Assembly: GCA_963847445.1 (NCBI GenBank)
Contig: CAWJZV010000048.1
Location: 32,001-96,000, forward strand
Origin: an uncultured delta proteobacterium
GTDB taxonomy: Bacteria; Desulfobacterota; Binatia; UBA9968
Direction of reading: 5' to 3'
DNA length: 64,000 nucleotides
Shown here: piece by piece, positions 11,065 to 22,737 of the stretch
How positions within the stretch are numbered: the stretch's first letter is position 1
How the letters are laid out: every line of letters begins with the position of its first letter
Notes under the pieces: model-generated
Database searches by the model: none
Seen by the model: the letters and a program-made list of their open reading frames with translations, nothing else
Told to the model about the DNA's origin: nothing
Position numbers and translations under genes: made by a program

Positions 11065-12338
11065 TTACGGCAACACTGCAATCAGCCCGGCCGGCGCGCA
11101 AAAAAGACCAGCAGCGGCGGACAGCAGGTAGCTGGTGAGAAAAAACAGCAAAGCGGCGCGATAGTTGCCGCTCCAATCGAAGGCCACGCCGGCCACCAAG
11201 GCGCCGACGCCGAGGCCGCCTTTGTGAAACGGTTCGAGCACACCACTGATAGCGCCGAAGGAGCGCCGGCCGAAATAGTGCGCCAGCATGATTTGGGTCA
11301 ACACCGCCGTGCCGCCGCGCGCGCTGATGCCAAAGAGTACACCGAACAGATAGGCCGTGAGCGGCGTATTGACATGCATCAACAACGCCACCGACGCCGC
11401 CGACAGCGCCGTCGTCGTCACGCTCAAACTGCGCGGTGAAAGCCGCTCCGCCAAGGCGCCCCAGATGCCGTTGCCGAACGCGCCCGAGAGCGCCATCACG
11501 CTCACCGCGCCGGCGGCGACGGCCGGTGGAATCTGCACATCGGTAAAATAAGCGACGGTGTGAAAGGCGATGCCGCCGGTGCCAAGCGACGCAAGAAATA
11601 CGCTCGCCACCAGCAACCACAGCGCACTCGTCTGCACCGCTTCGCGCGCGCGTCCAACTGCGCTCGGCATTCGACCGAAGTCGGCGACCGCAGCCGTCGA
11701 GATCGCGTCAGGGTGTAAAATGGGCGCCACGCCGTCGGGATACATGCCCAGATCTTCGGGTTGGCGGCGCAGGAAAATCGCCGCCGGCACGACGACCAAA
11801 AGCAAAAACGCCAAGCCTAAAACTAGAAACGCACTGCGCCAGCCATAGTGGGTGACGAGAAATTGATAGATCAAAGTCATCGCCGCCGAACCCAGCGGTG
11901 TCGACATCGCCACCAACCCCATGGCGCGCGGCCGCTTGACGTGAAACCAATTGGCGATCGCCGTGTACGGGCACGACGCCGCAAAGGAGAAATTCCGTCA
12001 GTGCCCGCGCCGGAATAAACGTCGCGTAAAACTGCCACGGCGCCGTGCTCAGACTCACGCCGATGGACAGCAGTGCCGACCAGAATACCACCGAGCGGCA
12101 ACAACACCCGCGGCCCATAGCGATCCGCCACCGGGCCGAACAACGGCGACAGCAGGCCGCCGCCAAACGATCCCAAGGTAATCGCCGCCGCCGTGACGCT
12201 CCGGCTCCAGCCGAGATCTTCGCTGATCGGCTTCAACACCACCGCCATGGTGACATTGCTCACGCCGGATGAGATAAAACCCGCGACCATGGCGATGGCG
12301 ACAATGATCCAGCCGTAGAAGAAGGGAAACTGCACCAA
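11065..12338 (-). CDS. MFS transporter (several indels)
   Basis: FFYGWIIV start, LGWSRS, GPVADRYGPR, YFGRRSFGAISG and multiple TM segments across three overlapping ORFs. Confidence 0.85.
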
Positions 12339-12558
12339 GCTGTCTTACTATACTTCCGAAATAAATATCAGCTGGATTCTTGCAGATCGGGTTGGCGCAG
12401 CGTAACCCGAGACTTTGGCGGCGCATAGCCCACACGAATGCAACGTCTCGCATGTTGGATCACGTCGACGTTCATGAAGATGGCAATCACATCCCGCCAT
12501 CCTTGGATTGACTCCCCTCTCCCGCCGCCATACTATTGCGCCAATTTAGGAGGAACCA

Positions 12559-13991
12559 ATGGCTGACGTTACCGACATGCGGGGCTACATCGAAGTGCTC
12601 AAAGAGATGGGCGAGCTGCGCGAACTTGAGCGGCGTGGATTTGGACTTGGAGGTGGGCGCGCTCACCGAGCGGGCGGCGGAAAAAGAAGGCGACGCGCTG
12701 CTGTTCAACAATTTTAAAGACTATCCGTCGGGTTTTCGCGTTATCACCAACGTCTTTCGCACCTGCAAGCGCACCGGTCCGGCGATGGGCATCGCCGCGC
12801 AAAACGGCATCGATTTTCTCCACGAATGGCGCAAAAAGCTCGCGGCCTACAAACCCGTGCCGGTACAGCAGGTCGAAGGCGGCCCGGTGATGGAAAACCA
12901 GATGGTCGACGATCAGGTCGATCTCTACAAATTTCCCACGCCCAAATGGCATGATCTCGACGGCGGGCCGTTCATCGGCACCGGCTGCGGCGTCATCACC
13001 AAAGATCTCGACACCGGCAAGATCAACGTCGGCACCTACCGGGTCATGGTGCAGGACAAAAATCACGTCTCGGTAAAGATGAACATGGGCAAACATGGCC
13101 GGCTTGCTTTCGAGCGCGCCCGCGATGCCGGCAAGCCGTTGCCGATCGCAATCACCCTGGGCCAAGGTCCGGCGGTGTTTCTCGCCGCACAGATGCCGTT
13201 GCCGCCGGATGTCAACGAGTTTGAATTCGCCGGTTATCTACAAGGCGCGCCGGTCGCCGTCGCGCGCGGCGCGGTCACCGGACTGCCGATTCCGGCCAAC
13301 GCCGAAATTGTTCTCGAAGGCGAACTGCCGCCGATGAAAGATGAAGACATGCCGAAGGAAGGTCCCTTCGGCGAGTGGCCGGGATATTTCACCGATGAAA
13401 ACGTCGGCGAGACCCCGGTGATGACGGTTAAGCGCGTTTACTATCGCAACGATCCGATCCTGCTCGGGCGCGCCGCCGCTCAAGCCGCCGGCGAGTTATC
13501 TGCCGATGCCGCTGGGCGCGGCGACTTTGTGGGAACAGTTGGAGAAAGCCGGTATTCCCGAAGTCAAAGGCGTGTGGGGTTTTGTTTACGGCGGACAGCC
13601 CGGACCATTCACCGTGGTCGCGATCAAGCAGCGCTACGCCGGCCACGCCAAACAAGCGTTACTGGTCGCCGCCGGCGCCCGCGCCGGAGCTTATGGCGGC
13701 AAGTTTGTCGTCGTCGTCGATGACGATATCGACATTACCAATCCAGGCGAGGTGATCTGGGCCATCGCCACGCGCTGCTACGTGCGCGGCGGCATCGACA
13801 TCGTCAAAGACGTTTGGGCTTCGGTGTGCGAACCGGCGATGCCGCCGGAGGAACGTTCACCGCGCGGTTACACGTCGGACCGCGTGCTCATCGACGCTTG
13901 CCGGCCGTATAAATGGATGGATCAGTTCCCGGCAGTCAATGCCTTCGAAAAAGAGTTCAAGGACAAGATCGCCGATAAGTTTAAGCTGTAA
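12559..13991 (+). CDS. UbiD family (prFMN-dependent) decarboxylase (indels)
   Basis: RBS aggagg before ATG 12559; INVGTYR, AEIVLEG, EGPFGEWPGY, VVVDDDID, WAIATR and IDACRP motifs. Confidence 0.9.
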
Positions 13992-14094
13992 GGGAACTTT
14001 ACCCCATGGCCCGCAGGGAGACGCAATATATCGCTGGAATCAACGTCAAACTAGGTAGTATCTAGCGGTCGCGCGACCAAAAAGGAGCCAGCAG

Positions 14095-14747
14095 ATGGGC
14101 ACGATCGAAGCCTTAAGCTTGGCCATGGGGACGGCCTGGACCTCGGGCATCAATCTTTACGCTACGGTGGCGGCCTTGGGTATCGCCCGGCAGATGGAGC
14201 TGATCCAACTGCCGCACAATCTCGAAGTCCTCGCCCATCCGGCAGTGATCGCCATCGCCTGCATCATGTACGTCATCGAGTTTTTCGCCGACAAGGTGCC
14301 CTATGTTGGACAGCGGTTGGGATGCCCTCCACACATTTATCCGTGTGCCCGCCGGCGCCATCCTGGCGGCGCGCGCACTGGGCGACATGAATCCGGCGCT
14401 GGAATTAGCCGCCATGCTCGCCGGCGGCACCATCACGCTTGGCCGCCCATGGCGCCAAAGCGACCACGCGCTTGGCGATCAACGCCAGCCCGGAACCGTT
14501 CACCAATTGGACCGCCAGCGTCACCGAGGATGTCGCCGTGCTTGGCGGCATCTGGATGATTTTCAATCATCCGATCCTCATGGTAATTTTCGTCGTGGCT
14601 TTCGTCGGGTTGGGAGTTTGGATCGTGCCAAAGTTATTTCGCCTGGCCAAGCGCGGCTTTCAAGCGCTGCGCGATCGCCTGAGCGGCAGCAAACCGGATC
14701 AGACCGCGCCCAACGCCGGCTCGCCGCCAGCGGTGGTGAATTCTTGA
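14095..14747 (+). CDS. DUF4126-like membrane protein (indels)
   Basis: SGINLYAT, EFFADKVP, WDALHTFIR, HGAKATTR and SPEPFTNWTASVTED motifs. Confidence 0.8.
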
Positions 14748-14770
14748 ACCACAGGAAGTAAGCAGACCGA

Positions 14771-15632
14771 ATGAAACAGCAATCGACACCGAGTCAAATC
14801 GACGATCTGCCGGCGACACCGCTCACCCTCGACGGCTCCTATCTGCTGCATCAGATGTTTCGCGTGCGCTGGCCGGCCTGGAAATCGCTCGGCCAAACCC
14901 AGCAGAAACAGGTCTTGGAAAACGCCGCGACTCTGTTCAGGAGTTGGAAGTGAATAAGCAGGCCGCCACCGGGCTCTTCTCGATGCTCGGTCACAAGGGC
15001 GATCTGATGGTCGTTCACTTCCGCAAGACCCCAGACGACTTGAACGGCGCCGAATTGGCCATCGCCCACAGCCAGTTGAACGAGTATCTCGAACCGACGA
15101 CTTCTTATCTCTCGGTGGTCGAGCTCGGCCTCTACGAGGGATCGGTGAAACTCTATGCCGAACTGACCGCCAAGGGTCTTAAGCCCGGCACCGCCGAGTG
15201 GAATCGCGAGATCGAAGCGGAGCTGGCGAAACAGCGCGAAGCCGCGGCGCCACGCCTGTGGCCGGAAATTCCCCTGCGCCGCTATCTGTGTTTTTATCCG
15301 ATGAACAAGTATCGCGGTGAAGCGAAGAACTGGTACAGCGAGCCGATCCGCGAACGCCAGCGCATGATGCGCGATCATGGCATGATCGGCCGCCACTACG
15401 CCGGCCGGGTCACGCAGATCATCTCCGGCTCCATCGGCTTCGACGATTGGGAGTGGGGCGTCGATCTGTTCGCCGACGATCCGCTGGTGTTCAAGAAACT
15501 GGTTTACGAAATGCGCTTCGACGAAGCCAGCGCGGTCTACGGTCTGTTCGGCACTTTCTACGTCGGCCTGCGATTTCCCGGTCAACCAGCTCGAAGTTCT
15601 TTTTTGCCGGCAAGACGCCAAGCTTCAGTTAG
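14771..15632 (+). CDS. hemQ: Chlorite dismutase family heme protein / coproheme decarboxylase (ChdC/HemQ-like), indels
   Basis: [48 protein letters not shown] and [10 protein letters not shown] motifs. Confidence 0.8.
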
Positions 15633-15688
15633 TTTCCCATCGGAGAATTTTGAATTGCGCAGCACCCGGGCTCGGCAACGGAGGATCT

Positions 15689-16452
15689 ATGCGGCTCAAA
15701 GACAAAGTCACGATCATCACCGGCGCTGCCCATGGCATCGGCAAAGCCTACGCCCGACGTTTCGCCGAAGAAGGCGCCCACGTGGTGATCGCCGACATCG
15801 ACGCCGCCGGCGGCGAAGCGACGGCCAACGCGATCCTCGACGGCGGCGGCTCGGCCTGGGCGCGCAGCAACCGACGTGCGCAGCCTGCCCGACCTCCAAG
15901 GGCTGATGCAGGAGACCGTGAAAAAATTCGGCCGCGTCGACGTCCTGCTCAACAACGCGGCGATCTATGTCACACAGAAACTCTGGAAAGGCCCGGTGGA
16001 AGATTTAGAATTCGACGAATGGGATCGCGTCATCGAAGTCAATTTGAAAGGCGTGTTTCTTGTGCAGCAAGGCGGCGATCCCGATCATGAAGCAGCAGCG
16101 CTCGGGCAAGATCATCAACATCGCCTCGGGCACTTTTTTTAGCGGCTCGGGCAACATGCCGCATTACACCACGGCCAAAGGCGGCGTGGTCGCGCTCACC
16201 CGCGTCATGGCGCGCCAGTTGGGCGAGTACGGCATCAACGTCAACTGCATGACGCCGGGCTCGACCATGAGCGAGGAAAACGTTTCCGAGGATGTTCTCA
16301 AACGGCGCGAAGGCAGCATCGACAAGCGCGCCTTCCGCCGCATCGAAACCCCCGCCGACATCGTCGGCACCGCGCTGTTTCTCGCCAGCTCGGACAGCGA
16401 TTTTGTCACCGGACAACTTTTAGTCGTCGAAGGCGGCGGCGTCATGCACTGA
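15689..16452 (+). CDS. SDR family oxidoreductase (indels)
   Basis: [18 protein letters not shown] and VEGG motifs across three ORFs. Confidence 0.9.
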
Positions 16453-16501
16453 CGTCCGCTTCAGCGACAACGAGTGACAATCTCTCGATCGGGAAGACGG
16501 C

Positions 16502-17021
16502 TTAGTTGGAGTTTCCGGTCACGCCATAGACATGACCACAGGCGTTACAGAGCACGACGTTGAAGGGCGCCAAGACGAAATGCTTGCCGTGCGCGCTGCC
16601 GGAGCGGCCTTTACGCGAGACAATATGATCGATTCCGACCACCGAGCAGGACGGGCACTTGGGTTCCGGTTCGAGCTTTCTGTTTGAATTCTTGATTGAA
16701 AAATTAGCCGCTGGCCGCTCGCATTGGCCGTTGCTCGTTGGACGGTTGCTCTTTTTCTCTGGACTCTTCTTCGGCCGGCTCTTCGCTCTCCTCGGCCCCG
16801 CCGGGTGATTGATACCATCGTAAGACTCGCCGTTTCAAAGCATCCGATAGTACCGCGTAGGCGTCGCGCACTTGAGTGAATTTGTCGGCGGCTTCCGGAT
16901 TGTCCGGGTTGCGGTCCGGATGAAAGCGAAAAACCATCTGACGGTAGGCGCGCTTGATGTCGTCCACCGAGGCGCTGGGCTTGACTCCAAGTATCGAATA
17001 GTAGTCGACGGAAGTGTCCAA
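16502..17021 (-). CDS. J-domain protein with C-terminal four-Cys zinc ribbon (indels)
   Basis: DYYSILGV...IKRAYR...FHPDRN J-domain, then an acidic linker, then manual translation KCPSC...VLCNACGHVYG* ending at 16502. Confidence 0.75.
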
Positions 17022-17074
17022 TTTCGCAGGCCTTCAGTAGTTTTCTAGTCTGTAATCCTCGAAGTTCGAATGCA

Positions 17075-17593
17075 TTACTTTGAGCGGCATCGGCCTTCGG
17101 TTCCGGTCAATTTGCCGCGTTGCTTGTACATGGCGACGCACATGTCGTAGATCGCCGCGCCGGCACGGTCGTCGATGACATGTTCGCCGTCACGGCTGAG
17201 TGTATTCGACAATGAATGTCAACTCCTTGACGCGCCGGTCATTGTTGGATAACCGCACCAGCTTTGCTTCATTGCGATCGAGAAATTCGCCGATCGTCCG
17301 AAAGATTTGCGGTTGATTGAGAAAATCCTTCGACGGCGCCATCTTGCCGCGCGAATCTCGCACCGGCCCGGTCCAATTCTTCGATGTCGCCAGGACAATA
17401 CTTCAATTCCACCGGAGTCGCCGCCGGCGGCTCCTGGTAGCCGCATAGGGCGACAAACTCCTCGCCGTCGAAACGGATGTCAAAGGTCTTCAGACCTCGA
17501 CGTTCCAAATCTTGGCCGATACTGCGCAGCGCCGTGGCAAAGGCGAAATTCGCGCGATTTGCCTCTCGTGAACGGGCGCGGTTTGGTAATCAT
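17075..17593 (-). CDS. Hypothetical protein (indels)
   Basis: RBS agggag before ATG 17593. Stitched reading: LRSIGQDLERRGLKTFDIRFDGEEF...IYDMCVAMYKQRGK. Confidence 0.55.
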
Positions 17594-17751
17594 GGCTCCC
17601 TGGAAGGAACTTTTTGACGTCAATGGTAAGAACAGTAGCGCAAAAAATCAACAAAAAAGATCGGGCCGCCGTCCACAAAGGGAAGCGCCGCCGAGTCGCG
17701 TAAATTCTGCGCGAGTGAAGTTGATGGAACTTTTGAGCTGTTAGCGAGACG

Positions 17752-18370
17752 CTAATCGGGAAGCATTGGCAGAGCATCCATGACGCCGATCATGCTGTCT
17801 CGCGTCACCAGTTTCGCCAAATCTTCCTCGCTCCAACCCTCGGTGCCAGCGGGACGTAGCGGCATGACGATATAGCGAATGTCGGCGGTGCTATCGTGCA
17901 CCCGCACTTCGACATCGTCCGGGAACTCCAAACCGAACTCGCGCATGACGCCGCGCGGGTCCGACTACCGAGCGCTGGCGGTAGTTGAAACTCTTGTACC
18001 AATCCGGCGGACGGCCCAGGATCGGCCGCGGGTAGCAGGAACATAAGGTACAGACCACCATGTGGCGCACTTTCGGCGTGTTTTCCAAGACGACGAACTC
18101 GTTGAGCGCCGTGGCGTCGATGCCGATCTCGGCACAGGCCGCTTTGGGATCGTCGATAAAGCGCGCTTTGAACGCCGGATCGACCCAGGCCTTGGCAACC
18201 AGTTTTGCGCCGTTGGCAGGAGTGCGCGCCTCCTGGTATTCGATCTGGCACTGAATGTCTTTCTCGGTGATCACGCCCTTTTCGACCAACAGATCGCGCA
18301 TGGCATAAATCCGTTTGGCGTAGTAGCTCAATTCATGCTTGGGATGATCATGTCCATGGTCGTCGCTCAT
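17752..18370 (-). CDS. Co-type nitrile hydratase alpha / thiocyanate hydrolase gamma-like subunit (indel near 17960)
   Basis: [30 protein letters not shown], then [41 protein letters not shown]. Confidence 0.93.
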
Positions 18371-18379
18371 AACATCTCC

Positions 18380-18675
18380 TTATGCCAGCGGATCGAGCCA
18401 GTGATCGTAGATATCGACGAGGACTTTGTCTTTCGGTACCGCGTGACTTGCCGAACACGTCACCGTAATCGAAGGCGACCAGATAAAGCGTCTTCTTGGG
18501 CAAGCCGTCCTTGCCGAAGGCGAGCAAGTTCAGGATTGAGAAAGTCGCCGTAGACCCGTTCGATCCAACCGCTCTTGCCGCGGATATACCAGGGAGTGCG
18601 CAGATGGCCGGGACGATCTTCGAATTTAACTTTGACTCGATCGCCGGTCTGAAATCTGCCGGTGGCGGAAGTCAC
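18380..18675 (-). CDS. SH3-like subunit equivalent to the C-terminal half of NHase beta (SCNase alpha-like), indel
   Basis: GTG start overlaps the upstream TGA. RFQTGDRVKV, GHLRTPWYIRGK and VDIYDHWLDP motifs. Confidence 0.88.
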
Positions 18676-18987
18676 GGCTCGCCCCACTTGGATTCGAAGT
18701 CGGCGAGCTTCTGGTCGATCTCTGCTTTGGTGAGAATATTTTTTTCGATGAGGATCGCTTCGATGCTGGCGATCCAACGCTCGTAGTAAGTCATGTCGCG
18801 GTACGCCGCGGAATCCATCTCCTCGCGCGCCCGGCGCATCTCGTCGGTGCGCTTGATGCCGCGCGCGCCGAGCGCCTGGTTGACCGCGTCGGCGAGAATT
18901 TCCCAATCGGACAGTGGATGCTCCGCACTGATCGATGGCTCGCCCGCTCCGGGCAAGCCCGCCGACATCGTGATGACCACGCGCCAT
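18672..18987 (-). CDS. Subunit equivalent to the N-terminal half of NHase beta (SCNase beta-like), indel
   Basis: HHDVGG, WE...DEMRRAREEM and YYERWIASIEAILIEKNIL motifs; has its own stop at 18672. Confidence 0.88.
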
Positions 18988-19002
18988 ACAAACTCTCCTC
19001 GG

Positions 19003-20778
19003 TTATCCTTTGAGACGGTTGGCGAGCGCGCTATGCTCTTCCTTCATACCCGCCGGCAGATGATCGCCGAAGGTGTCGAAGAAGTCGCTCTGGCTCTTTA
19101 AGATTATTTTTCCAGCCGTCGCGATCCACCGACACCAGTTGATCGACATCGGCTTTGGCAACTATCGAGCCCATCGCCGGTTAGGCTCGAGGCCTTGGGC
19201 ACAAAGCCGATCGGCGTCTCGTCGGCCGGCCGCCGCCCTTGGAGCGCTCGACGACCCAACGCAGCACGCGGAGATTTTCGCCGAATCCCGGCCAGAGAAA
19301 GCGGCCCCGTTCGTTACGCTGGAACCAATTGACGCGGAAAATTTTCGGCGGATTGGTCGCCTTTTTGCCCATCGCCAACCAGTGCGCCCAATAATCGCCC
19401 ATGTTGTAGCCGCAAAACGGCAGCATCGCCATCGGATCGCGCCGCACCACACCGACGGCGCCAGTCGCCGCCGCCGTGGTCTCGGAAGCCAAGGTCGCGC
19501 CGAGGAAAGTGCCATGCTGCCAATTGAAGGATTGGTAGACCAAAGGAATGAGTTTCTGCCGGCGCGCGCCGAAAAGAATCGCGCTGATCGGCACGCCTTC
19601 GGGCTTTTCCCACTCCGGCGAATAGGTCGGACACTGTTTGATCGATACCGTAAAGCGCGCAGTTGGGGTGTGCTGCCGGGGTGCCGCCCTCGGGATCCCA
19701 GGGCTTGCCGCGCCAATCTTGCGCGTTGGCCGGCACCGGATCGTCGTGGCCTTCCCACCACACCGTGCCGTCGTCGCGCAGCGCCACGTTGGTGAAGATG
19801 GTGTCCTTCTTAACCGTCTTCACGGCGTTGGGGTTGGTATTCGAGCCAGTCCCCGGCGCGACGCCGAAAAATCCCGCCTCCGGATTGATCGCCCAGAGTC
19901 TGCCGTCGGAGCCAACGCGCAACCAAGAGATATCGTCGCCGACGGTGTGAATCTTCCAACCCTTCATGCTCGCCGGCGGCACCAACATCGCCATATTGGT
20001 CTTACCGCAGGCACTCGGAAAAGCGCCGCACACATAGGTGATCTCGCCGTCGGGACTTTCCACGCCGACGATCAGCATATGCTCGGCCATCCAGCCTTCT
20101 TGTTGGCCTAACTTGCTGGCGATGCGCAGGGACAAACATTTTTTCGCCAGCAGGGCGTTACCGCCGTATCCCGAGCCGACACTCCAAACCGTGTTGTCTT
20201 GAGGGTAATGGCAGATGAAACGGCGCTCCATATCGAGATCGGCCTTGGAATGGAGGCAGCGGGTAAAATCGTCCGAGTTGCCGAGATGATTCAAAGCGAT
20301 TTTGCCCATGCGCGTCATCAGCCGCATGTTAAGCACTACATAGACGCTATCGGTCACCTGGACACCGACTTTGCTGAAACTACGATCCCGCCGGCCCCAT
20401 GAGAAAAGGAATGACGTAAAGCGTCCGCCCGCGCATCGAGCCGGCGAAGATCTTGCCGAGCTTGTCATAGGACTCCGCCGGCGCCATCCAGTTATTGTTG
20501 GGACCGGCCTCTTCCTGTTCGTCGGTACAAACGAAAGTCAGATTCTCCGTGCGCGCCACATCGTTCTGCGCGCTGCGGTGCAGGTAACAACCTGGCATTT
20601 CCTTCTGATTGAGCGGCAACAGATCGCCGCACTGCACGGCGATCTTGGTCAGCTGCTCTTTTTCTTCTTCCGAACCATCGCACCAGTAGACGCTCTCGGG
20701 CTGGCACATCGCCGCCACGCTGTTAACCCAATTTTGAATATGTGAATTTGCCGGCACCGTTCCAGTAACGTTACTCAT
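19003..20778 (-). CDS. pckG: Phosphoenolpyruvate carboxykinase (GTP), indels
   Basis: [58 protein letters not shown] and WPGFGEN motifs. Confidence 0.95.
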
Positions 20779-20941
20779 GGGTGATAGCTGCTTCCTTTCC
20801 GAAATGCGCTGGCGAGGTTTGTGAATCAGCCTCGCAACCGCTGTCCAAGACAGCGATATCGTTAACGTTCAATAGGGTTCGTAGGGTATCTGATTGGCCC
20901 GGTTGATGTCAATAAACCGTGCCCGTCGGCGCGCCAAAACT

Positions 20942-21845
20942 TCAATGAAAAACCCGGTACAGTCGCCAGCGGGCGCCGGGCAAATCCTCGGTCCATCGCA
21001 CCAGCGCAACCAGCTCGCCGGCTTGATCGAGAATCGACAGTAGAGATGCGCCGTGAGCTGGAACCGTTAGTTGCGATAACATTTCCTGCTGCCCCTGGCG
21101 CAACCGCGCGATCGACCGGCTGTCCCAAACCACCGCCGGCAGATGGCTCAAGGCTTTCGCCAGCGTGACCAGCGGCACGACACCGCTTGCCATCGCAACT
21201 TCCAGCTGGTCGATGGTCGTTGCTTGCGCCAGCGACAGATGGTCGCAGGCCAGGCGCCGAAGCTTGATCAGATGGGCGCCGCAACCCAATTCCGTCCCCA
21301 TATCCGCAGCCAATGTCCGCACGTAGGTGCCGCGCGAACAAGTCACCTCGAACTCGATCTCAGTGTCGCTGAGACGGCGCAAGTTCGAGCCCATCGACCT
21401 GTATCGACCGCGGCGCGCGCTCGATTTCTTGCCCTTGCCGGGCGAGTTCATACAAACGCACGCCATCTTTTTTTAACGCCGAAAACATCGGCGGCACTTG
21501 GGTTTGCGCGCCGGAAAATTTCTCTTCGAGACGGCGCAAATCGCTATCCGCCAAGACCGGAACCGGCCGCTCGTCGATCACTTTCCCGGTGGCGTCTTGG
21601 CTGTCCGTGGCAACTCCCAAGACCATGACGGCGCGGTAGCTCTTGGCGCCGCCAAGAAAAATATCGGCGATCTTGGTGCCCTCGTTGACGCCGATCGGCA
21701 GCAAACCCGACGCGAACGGATCGAGAGTCCCCAAATGGCCGACCCGTTTAGCGCCGAGTATTTTTTTGACGCGATGAACCACATGAGCCGACGACGGTCC
21801 TTCGGGTTTATCGATCAGTAAAAGACCGCTTTGGATATAAGTCAT
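20942..21845 (-). CDS. truB: tRNA pseudouridine(55) synthase (indel)
   Basis: IDKPEG, GHLGTLDPFASG, QVPPMFSA and CSRGTYVR motifs; follows rbfA. Confidence 0.95.
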
Positions 21846-21928
21846 GATCTCGCGGCCACCCGCTGTGACAAGAAATTCGCCGCGAAAAGGTACCCAGCAT
21901 CGAAGATTAATTTGCCGCGGCCGCGAAA

Positions 21929-22282
21929 CTAGTCCTCAGTCTTGTTGACCTGCTTGAGCAGCGCATCGATGCGCTGCGCTTCATCGGCGGACTCGTCGTA
22001 GGTAAACTCGATGTTCGGAACGAAACGGAGATTCAACTGCTTGGCCGCTTTGGTACGAATGAAGCCGCTGGCGCTTTTGAGGCCCGCTGCGGCATCGTCA
22101 TGGTTTGCCGATCCGCCCCCGAGCAGATTGAAATAAATGCGCGCATGGCGCAGATCCTTGGACATTTTAACCGCCGTCAAAGCAACGTCGCGGACCCGTG
22201 GATCGCGGATCTCGCGACGCAAAAGCTCCGAGGTCACCTCCAAAAGCAAATCGCCGACGCGGTCTGAACGTTGGTATTCCAT
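21929..22282 (-). CDS. rbfA: Ribosome-binding factor A
   Basis: RSDRV, IRDPR, SKDLRHARIY and RFVPNIEFTYD motifs; operon position. Confidence 0.95.
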   Translation of the reverse strand: MEYQRSDRVGDLLLEVTSELLRREIRDPRVRDVALTAVKMSKDLRHARIYFNLLGGGSANHDDAAAGLKSASGFIRTKAAKQLNLRFVPNIEFTYDESADEAQRIDALLKQVNKTED

Positions 22283-22307
22283 GCGGGTTTACTTTGACAA
22301 AAATTTA

Positions 22308-22375
22308 TTCACCACGAAGGACACGAAGAGCACGAAGCTGCGGACTGCCAAATTTACTGTTGCGTTCTTTGCGGC
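22308..22375. repeat. Half copy of the CACGAAG-unit intergenic repeat, followed by a CTTTGCG-family arm
   Basis: ttcaccacgaaggacacgaagagcacgaag matches the arms at 40559 and 58211. Confidence 0.75.
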
Positions 22376-22403
22376 AAACCGAATTGTGACCGAGAAATCT
22401 TAT

Positions 22404-22691
22404 TCAGCAGTGGAAAAACTCGACACCAGCCTCGCCGACTTCGGCTAACCCCAGCGCGTCGACGAAGTCGACGATCTTGCGCAATGACGCTTCGACGATG
22501 GGCCGGCTGGTGCCGGCGATGGCGAAGCCGAGAAGCGAACTTTGCCAGAGATCCTGATCGCCGCATTCGGTGATCGACACGTTGAACCGCTGCGCGACGC
22601 GCGCCTGTATGCGTTTCAAGACGCCGCGCTTGCCCTTCAACGAATGGTTTTCAGGGATCGCCAGTTGCAGCTTCAAGACTCCCACAACCAT
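22404..22691 (-). CDS. DUF503 (YlxP-like) protein
   Basis: SLKGKR, RFNVS and DQDLWQ motifs; canonical position between infB and rbfA. Confidence 0.9.
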   Translation of the reverse strand: MVVGVLKLQLAIPENHSLKGKRGVLKRIQARVAQRFNVSITECGDQDLWQSSLLGFAIAGTSRPIVEASLRKIVDFVDALGLAEVGEAGVEFFHC

Positions 22692-22737
22692 GAAAATACG
22701 GCGCCGGGATTAACTGCGGCAAGCGGCTAGACGCCGC

